Below, in pieces: positions 23,331-29,548 of a stretch of 32,000 nt of DNA (position 1 is the stretch's first letter; each line of letters starts with the position of its first letter). The translations under genes were made by a program, and so were the position numbers. Origin of the DNA: Candidatus Thalassarchaeaceae archaeon (GTDB taxonomy: Archaea > Thermoplasmatota > Poseidoniia > Poseidoniales > Thalassarchaeaceae); the NCBI GenBank assembly GCA_045568075.1, contig JBJLBP010000001.1:1260001-1292000 (forward strand). Reading direction: 5' to 3'. The notes beneath the pieces were generated by a model, which searched no databases, was not told the DNA's origin, and saw nothing but the letters and a program-made list of their open reading frames with translations.

Positions 23331-25655
23331 TCAGAGAGAACCTATCAAAGGTCCAACGACCAAGCTCACGAGTAACCAACCCCCGAGCATGGCACTGGCC
23401 AAACCCCAAGCCCTCGGACGGATGCCCACGCTGAGACTACCCAGCGTACGAGGGATTGGGCCTGTAATACCGATTATGCCACGCGCGAGCACAATAGATA
23501 GGCCCGCGGCGAGGATTAGTCCAACCAACATCGCCAAAGCCAAAATCACCCCAAATCCACCAGTGCTGGCGACCGAACCAACCCCCTGAGCGACCATGTC
23601 AGGTGTGCGTAACCAGATCAACCAAGCAAGCCATATTCCTAGATGGACATCATCACTGAATGAAGATAGTTTTCGCCATTCACGGTAAGCCTGTGGAAGT
23701 AGGGAATGCAGCTTTCCAGCAATCCAATCGATCTCTGGTATTCTTCCTTTGGTCAGTGTTCTGACGCCGTGATAGGTAAGCAGTGATGCAAGACCAACTT
23801 CAATCCAAATCCAAATTGAACCAAGTCCAGCAACCGCCATGAGAGAAATCGGTACTGCCCAAATCGCAAATCCAAATCCGGCTCCGAGCAGAGTTAGCAG
23901 AACTCCTGAGCCGGGCAGCAGAACTTCGTCGGGCTCCTCATAGCGACTTTCACGGGGCATCGCTAGGATGAATATTGGGAGGAGTGCGGTGCCCCAAAGC
24001 AAAGTCAACGGGTCGAGGAAACTGTGTCCAGAACCCTTGCTGGCATCCTCGACCGCGTCAGCAATCTCGGAACTGGAATAGGTTCCTGGAGCCCAATCTG
24101 TAACGAAGCCAGCGGCGTCGATTATGATTACAGCGTCGCTGGCGCCGCTGGGAAAGGCCTGACCTATGCTTGAATCCGACTTGTCCATCAGTAGTGGCCA
24201 GGAACCATTGATAATCGCCGCATGAGAATCTAAATCGACAGCTCTGACTCCTTTTCCAGTCGCTATTTGAACAAAAGCGATATCGCTGTCGATCAATGCT
24301 GCGGCCATCTGGAAGTCATTGGCTTGACGGATCGCATTGGCCGACCCCGGCACATACATGCCGATGATCACAGCGTCGGACTCTGAGAGTAATTCAGAGA
24401 GTGAAACCGAGCCATCGCCGCCGTGTTCAAGCAAAGCGAAGGAAGGAGCAGCGCCGTCGGCACGCGAGGCATTCGCATCGATATCTGGCAAATGAACCGC
24501 TGGCCCGATGCTGGCGATAGCGAGAACGAGAATTACTGCATAGGCCGGCATCGGTAGCATCGCCTCACGCATAGAGGCACCCAACCAAGCAATGACCCCT
24601 AGTGGTATCATTACCGCAACCCAAGTGCCACTTAGCAGAGCCTCGGGGTCTTTCTCAACCTCGAATTTCAGAACCGCCACAACATCGCATGGTTCTGCAG
24701 GGTCCTGGTCTTGGAGAGTGAAACAAGCATCAATCATGTACAATCCTGGCTCTAGTGGATTCGAAGTTGACCAAGTTAGAACCGTCCGATTAGCCTCCCC
24801 CACTCTGAATGAATGCGGCGCCTCGAAGTGTTCGAGGCGTTCATCCTCCTGACCAAATCCATGTACCATCGATTCGTAATCATCCATTGGACCGACAACC
24901 TCGATGACTTGATCTGAGAAGTCGTCTGGACCCCATGGTGAAATTGGAGTGAATTCGATTCTTGTGATTCTATTGGAATCGGTGACCTGTTGCATTTGTG
25001 GATCAATCAGGTCACCGGTGAAGGTGATTCCACTCCTAGCATCATACGTCCCCCACCAAAGCGAACCAGGTTGTACGCAGTCGTGTTGAACCGAAACTTG
25101 CAGAGATAGCACATCTCCTGGACCAAGATTGACGCCTTCGATAGGAACCTCGACTTGGAAAAGATGAGACTGAGTGTAGGATTCCTCCATCGTCACCTGA
25201 TTCGTCGCAACCCCATTCAAAAGAGTGAACGAACCCCACTGCAAGGTAACGAAGAAACTCGTTGTCGCACCGGCTGGAGAACCAGGAATCACATTTGTCT
25301 GCCTACAAACCGGTGATTTCGCTTCGAGGGAGGCAAAGAGATCGACCGTGACTGTTCCGTTGAGTGAAAACGCCTCCTCAATCGGCGCTCCTTCAACATC
25401 GAGCAGTATCTGAGGTGCGCCGACCGTTTTCGAGAAACTCGCTGAACCACTAGGAATTCCAGTGACTATTGGCCAATCACGCCGCAGCTCTGGAATCTCT
25501 TCAGTTCCGTGAAGGAAGATATTGTGAGATTGTGGTAGTTCAAGGTCAAGACCGGGGCCGTATTCTTCTCCACTTTGAGCAGAAGTACTACTCGACGCCA
25601 GAGTCCCGATGAGTAGCAAAATCACTACTACTGTCAGAATCCGCGGCCTCGGCAT
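23331..25655 (-). CDS. Polytopic membrane protein with an N-terminal secreted beta-rich domain and an internal TlpA/ResA-like thioredoxin-fold domain lacking CXXC
   Basis: I prefer the ATG at 25655 (MPRPRILTVVVILLLIGTLASS), preceded by GAGAGGGA. The order is a ~320-aa ectodomain, 2 TM helices, a thioredoxin-like segment (APSFALLEHGGDGSVSLSELL...AVIIGMYVPGSANA...WPLLMDKSDSSIGQAF...AVIIIDAAGFV), then about 6 TM helices. Confidence 0.65.
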   Translation of the reverse strand: MPRPRILTVVVILLLIGTLASSSTSAQSGEEYGPGLDLELPQSHNIFLHGTEEIPELRRDWPIVTGIPSGSASFSKTVGAPQILLDVEGAPIEEAFSLNGTVTVDLFASLEAKSPVCRQTNVIPGSPAGATTSFFVTLQWGSFTLLNGVATNQVTMEESYTQSHLFQVEVPIEGVNLGPGDVLSLQVSVQHDCVQPGSLWWGTYDARSGITFTGDLIDPQMQQVTDSNRITRIEFTPISPWGPDDFSDQVIEVVGPMDDYESMVHGFGQEDERLEHFEAPHSFRVGEANRTVLTWSTSNPLEPGLYMIDACFTLQDQDPAEPCDVVAVLKFEVEKDPEALLSGTWVAVMIPLGVIAWLGASMREAMLPMPAYAVILVLAIASIGPAVHLPDIDANASRADGAAPSFALLEHGGDGSVSLSELLSESDAVIIGMYVPGSANAIRQANDFQMAAALIDSDIAFVQIATGKGVRAVDLDSHAAIINGSWPLLMDKSDSSIGQAFPSGASDAVIIIDAAGFVTDWAPGTYSSSEIADAVEDASKGSGHSFLDPLTLLWGTALLPIFILAMPRESRYEEPDEVLLPGSGVLLTLLGAGFGFAIWAVPISLMAVAGLGSIWIWIEVGLASLLTYHGVRTLTKGRIPEIDWIAGKLHSLLPQAYREWRKLSSFSDDVHLGIWLAWLIWLRTPDMVAQGVGSVASTGGFGVILALAMLVGLILAAGLSIVLARGIIGITGPIPRTLGSLSVGIRPRAWGLASAMLGGWLLVSLVVGPLIGSL

Positions 25656-25748
25656 GGCTATCCCTCTCAACTCAACGCCCTACAGACCGGCATTCAAACC
25701 CCGCGCTTACTCGTGTTCGATGAAAACGATTCCATGAGGGCTCAGAAT

Positions 25749-25769
25749 TCGCTTCCTCTTAGAGGAAGC
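25749..25769 (-). other. 9-bp hairpin centred on the stop codon of the DUF92 gene
   Basis: The sequence is CGCTTCCTC-TTA-GAGGAAGCG. The 3-nt loop is the TAA stop codon on the minus strand. Confidence 0.3.
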
Positions 25770-26496
25770 GTGAATGGACGAAGATTGCCATCAAGGCTCC
25801 AGAGAGTGTGGCCAGGAAGTTCACAGTGTGCTTACCGATGATTCCCCTATTCTCGAAAACAGCACCCAGAATCGAATCGACTTGACATCCTAACCAACCG
25901 ATTATCGTCACAACTGTGAAGAGGGTCACCAGAGGAATCGTCGATTCTGCTACAGAAGATAATGAGACTGCCATGAATGCCATTAGCAGCCCTCCTGCAA
26001 GGGCTGCAAACGAACCCGTCACGGACATTCCTCCGTTAGTTCCGGCCGGGACGGCTTCGAGATTGATTATGCTGCGAGTCCTTGGATCGAGGCTCCCAAT
26101 CTCAGAAGCAAGCGTATCTGCGGCAGCCACGGAGATTGAAGCCGCCGCCGCCATGTAAGCCCAATCAGGCTGGTCAAGAGCATAATTAGCGACGGCGACA
26201 ATCGACGCAACTCCGCCATTGGCCATCACATTCCTCCAACCTCTAACCCCCTTGTTATCCTCGGCTAAGCGCAAGGCTGCCTTCTCATCGTAGCGCCACA
26301 ACGTCGCCAAAGAACCAACGACGAGGAAGAGAATTAGTATGGTCAGCCAGGTCCAATGGCCGAGCAAAGAAACCGAAAATCCGACCGTCGCCGCAGCGAC
26401 CAAACCACTCCGATTAAGCATCCCTCGAAGACCAGAAATGAGCATCATCCCGGTGACCAAACCGATAGAGACCATCTGGTCGGAGCTGAGTTCCAT
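25759..26496 (-). CDS. DUF92 / COG1836 (TMEM19/VTE6-like) integral membrane protein
   Basis: The pattern is multi-TM, with GLRGMLNRSGLVAAATVG..., LFLVVGSLATLWRYDEK and RGWRNVMANGGVASIVA (compare the family pattern FF..gs..Tk....K...R...QVlaNG). I prefer the ATG at 26496, preceded by GGAGAGGGTTGAGGA, which lies across the end of the prsW-like gene. Confidence 0.6.
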   Translation of the reverse strand: MELSSDQMVSIGLVTGMMLISGLRGMLNRSGLVAAATVGFSVSLLGHWTWLTILILFLVVGSLATLWRYDEKAALRLAEDNKGVRGWRNVMANGGVASIVAVANYALDQPDWAYMAAAASISVAAADTLASEIGSLDPRTRSIINLEAVPAGTNGGMSVTGSFAALAGGLLMAFMAVSLSSVAESTIPLVTLFTVVTIIGWLGCQVDSILGAVFENRGIIGKHTVNFLATLSGALMAIFVHSRFL

Positions 26497-26504
26497 GATA
26501 ATCC

Positions 26505-28172
26505 TCAACCCTCTCCGTCGCCTTCGGATGATGAAGGATTCCCTGTGACTATCAAACCAACATGGGCATACGACGCACTGTACTCAGTACTCGGTGGGTT
26601 AACCAAAGGACGGATGGCGATTAGGATCGTAGTCCAGCCAAGCATACAGATGAGGACACCGATTTCACCCAATCCAATCCATTCAGGAATCAAAAATGAC
26701 AGGTATGAGGTTCCATTCCATATCGCATGACCAAACACTGCGAGCCCGTAAGCCTGCAATACATGGCGAGGAGGAAGAATCTGAATCCCATCCTCGGAGC
26801 GATAGCGAGCAGCCTCTGACGAGGTCACGAGGTCTGTGAGAATATCTTGAGGCGTGGCGACACCATCCGCGTCACGCGCTACGCCTGTCTTTGAATCGAT
26901 TAGCATCCATGATGAGGTAGAGGAATCAACCTCAGACAATAACTCCTCAAAACTCCCTCGAGGTTGATCGTATCCAGAATGATCTCCATCGCCATCAACA
27001 TCGATACCTAGATTCTCAGCGGCGTCAACAACATCGACCGTTAATCGCCGCATTAGCCAGCGGATTCTTTTGTCTATATCGTGGTCCTCGACCAAACAAC
27101 CGACTGCGAATCCACTAATCCCAGTCCACAGTGCATGCCCGGGAATCGAACCAATTCCGCGGACTAGAGTCGTGAAACCGAGACCTATAGGGCCTCCAAA
27201 GGTGCTCATTAGAACATACGACATATTCTCGATGAGGGCGAAGCCCAAACCCACGGTGAAACCGATTTGTAATCCGTGGCGCGGGCTCTTAATCGAAGGC
27301 AGGAATAAGAGCACTGCAAGCAATTTCCACAATTCTTCACCAAGCGGGGCGCTCAATACCAACAAGAGGAACTCAGTCGAGGCACTGGACAAAGAAGAAG
27401 GAAGAATTCCAGGGAAAATCCAGGTATTAATCACCAGAGCCGGGAATGCCGAAGCCATACCTGCAATCAACCAAGCTTCGGCATCTCGACGCCTTGTTGG
27501 TAATCCAATCCATTTCGACGAGGTCGCCCACCAAGCGAAAACTGGAATTGAGAATCCCATTATCCATAGAGGGATTACGAGTAAAATGAACAACAACATG
27601 AACAGCCATTCAGTCGACTCGCTGAGAGCGAATAGAGTCACAAATGCACTCGTCGCAACAGTGAGTGAGAATACCAACCAAACTTGCCTATGAGGAGGCA
27701 AGTCCAACACGGAATCATCCGGAGTCAAGAATCTCTTGAAGCGAGTAGGGGCGACAGTACGCAGCGAACCGCCCTCGGGTAATGGGTGGTGTTGCTTACC
27801 CTTCGCATCGGGAACCGCCAACCTGACATGAACCAATTTGGGTTTGTGAAGTATCAATAGTAGTGGAATTGGGGCGAGGGAGCAGATTGCACCTATTACT
27901 GAGATTATGGCATCTCCCGCGAGTGCCCCCTCAATCAAGGAAGCCAAGCCAAATTGCACAATAAGAAAAGCCAACATCACTGTTCCGAGCATTCTCCAAT
28001 AATTTTTCCAAGGCTTGCTCTCGGTAGCCAATCGAATGTTCTCAGGAGCAGGGCTCAAGGGGACCGGTTCATCGAGTTGGTATCGTTGACCGGAAGCGTC
28101 TGTGATAATCCGCGCCATCAGAATCACCGTAGTGCCGCTCAGATCGCCCATCACTCGCGACGCCCAAGGCAT
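26505..28172 (-). CDS. PrsW-family intramembrane metalloprotease homolog with an N-terminal extension and a large acidic insertion
   Basis: PrsW motifs occur in order: APLGEELWKLL (EExxK), GFALIENMSY (FxxxE), IPGHALWTG and VFGHAIWNG (HxxxN-type). There are multiple TM helices. A ~110-aa insertion sits between the two His motifs. Confidence 0.7.
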   Translation of the reverse strand: MPWASRVMGDLSGTTVILMARIITDASGQRYQLDEPVPLSPAPENIRLATESKPWKNYWRMLGTVMLAFLIVQFGLASLIEGALAGDAIISVIGAICSLAPIPLLLILHKPKLVHVRLAVPDAKGKQHHPLPEGGSLRTVAPTRFKRFLTPDDSVLDLPPHRQVWLVFSLTVATSAFVTLFALSESTEWLFMLLFILLVIPLWIMGFSIPVFAWWATSSKWIGLPTRRRDAEAWLIAGMASAFPALVINTWIFPGILPSSLSSASTEFLLLVLSAPLGEELWKLLAVLLFLPSIKSPRHGLQIGFTVGLGFALIENMSYVLMSTFGGPIGLGFTTLVRGIGSIPGHALWTGISGFAVGCLVEDHDIDKRIRWLMRRLTVDVVDAAENLGIDVDGDGDHSGYDQPRGSFEELLSEVDSSTSSWMLIDSKTGVARDADGVATPQDILTDLVTSSEAARYRSEDGIQILPPRHVLQAYGLAVFGHAIWNGTSYLSFLIPEWIGLGEIGVLICMLGWTTILIAIRPLVNPPSTEYSASYAHVGLIVTGNPSSSEGDGEG

Positions 28173-28239
28173 CCGGTGCGGTTCCTCATCACAGCGACGA
28201 TACTCCGTGAAAGCCGACCCATATAGGGTTCAGCACGTC

Positions 28240-28458
28240 TTAACTGGTATTTCCTAAGATAGCACCACAGGCCCCACAGAAGAGTTCGACGCGATTTTTG
28301 TCCTTCTGCATACTCCATTCTCCGCAAGCTGGGCAGGGAGGCAGGCCCTTCTCACTAGGTGCGACTCGAGGGCCAGCACGACGCTTTTTCTTGCGTGGAA
28401 CATACCAACCACTCTTCGGCTTCCTGACCTTCGGCATGTGCGTGACCCGATTCGACAT
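28240..28458 (-). CDS. Small basic zinc-ribbon protein (TFIIB/TFB N-terminal ribbon-like)
   Basis: The 72-aa ORF from ATG 28458 is preceded by GGGAGTCGGTG. The N-terminus is very basic (PKVRKPKSGWYVPRKKKRRAGPR). It is followed by CPACGEWSMQKDKNRVELFCGACGAIL, i.e. CPxCG...CxxCG. Confidence 0.5.
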   Translation of the reverse strand: MSNRVTHMPKVRKPKSGWYVPRKKKRRAGPRVAPSEKGLPPCPACGEWSMQKDKNRVELFCGACGAILGNTS

Positions 28459-28574
28459 CACCGACTCCCTCAAGACACTTCTGCACGCTTAGACAAAGAC
28501 CACATCTCTGAAGTGATCTGTTCGAAGGGAGACTCTAGGGTAGCGGAGTGAAGCCAGAGCACCGTTGAGGTGAA

Positions 28575-29537
28575 GTGGTTGTTCGACTACGCTCGCGCGT
28601 GGATTGTGTTGTTGTCGGCGCGGGCGTGTCGGGACTTTCTTGCGCAATTCGTTTGCTTGAGGCAGGTCATTCAGTCCGCATAATCGCACGCGAGTTCTCT
28701 CCTGATTTAGTCTCAGATCGTGCTGCCGCGCTTTGGTACCCTTTCCTTGCTCATCCGGTGGAAAAAACAGATCGGTGGGGGGCCGAGACCTATGCAGAAT
28801 TGTTGCGTTTGGGCAAGGGAGAATTATCTGCAGGGATTACCATGAGAAAAGGGCGTGAATATCTGCGCGAGCGGGTAGATTTGCCTGGTTGGAGAAAGGA
28901 TATCACGCATTTCCGTGTGCTTGACTCTGACGAGATTCCGGAGCCTTGGGTCTTCGGTTGGGAATTTGAATCGCCGATTATTGAAATGCCGTTTTACATG
29001 CCATGGCTGATTGCACGTACACGCGAACTTGGTGGAATTGTTGAGAAGGGGGAGGTCGGTGACCTTAGTGAGATTAAGGCCGCCCTCGTAGTAAATTGCA
29101 GCGGAATTGGGGCTCGTGAATTGTGCGACGACTCCGAAGTGCACCCTGTTCGCGGACAGGTGATTTACATCGAGCAAGATCCTGGTTACGGACGCTTCGA
29201 CCAACAGCCGGAGACGCTGACTTACACCATAGCGCGACGCGACTGCACGGTGCTTGGAGGCACCGCGCAAGTCGATGATTGGAATTTGGAAATTCGTGAG
29301 GCCGACCGCGAAGAGATTCTCTCCAAATGCGAAGCGGTCTGGCCTGAACTCGACCGAAGCAAAATCATCGCAGAAGCCGTCGGTCTGCGCCCCTCGCGTA
29401 GCGAGGTGCGCCTAGAATCAGAAATAATCGCCAACGGCACCCCAGTAATCCACAATTACGGACATGGTGGAGCGGGAGTAACCCTGTCTTGGGGTTGTGC
29501 TGACGAGGTTGTTCGCCTCGCCAAGAAATTCGCTTGA
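28575..29537 (+). CDS. D-amino-acid oxidase (DAO family FAD flavoenzyme)
   Basis: The N-terminal FAD fold is CVVVGAGVSGLSCAIRLLEAGHSV. The ORF also contains DRAAALWYP and VVNCSGIGA, and the near-C-terminal signature VIHNYGHGGAGVTLSWGCA (mammalian DAAO, from memory: HNYGHGGYGLTIHWGCA). There is no in-frame ATG. The start is GTG at 28575 (GAGGTGAA upstream) or GTG at 28599. Confidence 0.85.
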   Translation: MVVRLRSRVDCVVVGAGVSGLSCAIRLLEAGHSVRIIAREFSPDLVSDRAAALWYPFLAHPVEKTDRWGAETYAELLRLGKGELSAGITMRKGREYLRERVDLPGWRKDITHFRVLDSDEIPEPWVFGWEFESPIIEMPFYMPWLIARTRELGGIVEKGEVGDLSEIKAALVVNCSGIGARELCDDSEVHPVRGQVIYIEQDPGYGRFDQQPETLTYTIARRDCTVLGGTAQVDDWNLEIREADREEILSKCEAVWPELDRSKIIAEAVGLRPSRSEVRLESEIIANGTPVIHNYGHGGAGVTLSWGCADEVVRLAKKFA

Positions 29538-29548
29538 ATCTGCACCAA

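Noticed and set aside
27070-27693. 207-aa plus-strand ORF; similar long antisense ORFs occur at 2701-3228, 5747-6283, 15730-16239 and 30616-31083
   Set aside because: Each is fully contained antisense within a CDS that has clear family motifs (PrsW, uL22, uL3, the surface protein, the GltB-like gene). Their sequences are compositionally odd, with no recognisable motifs or translation signals.
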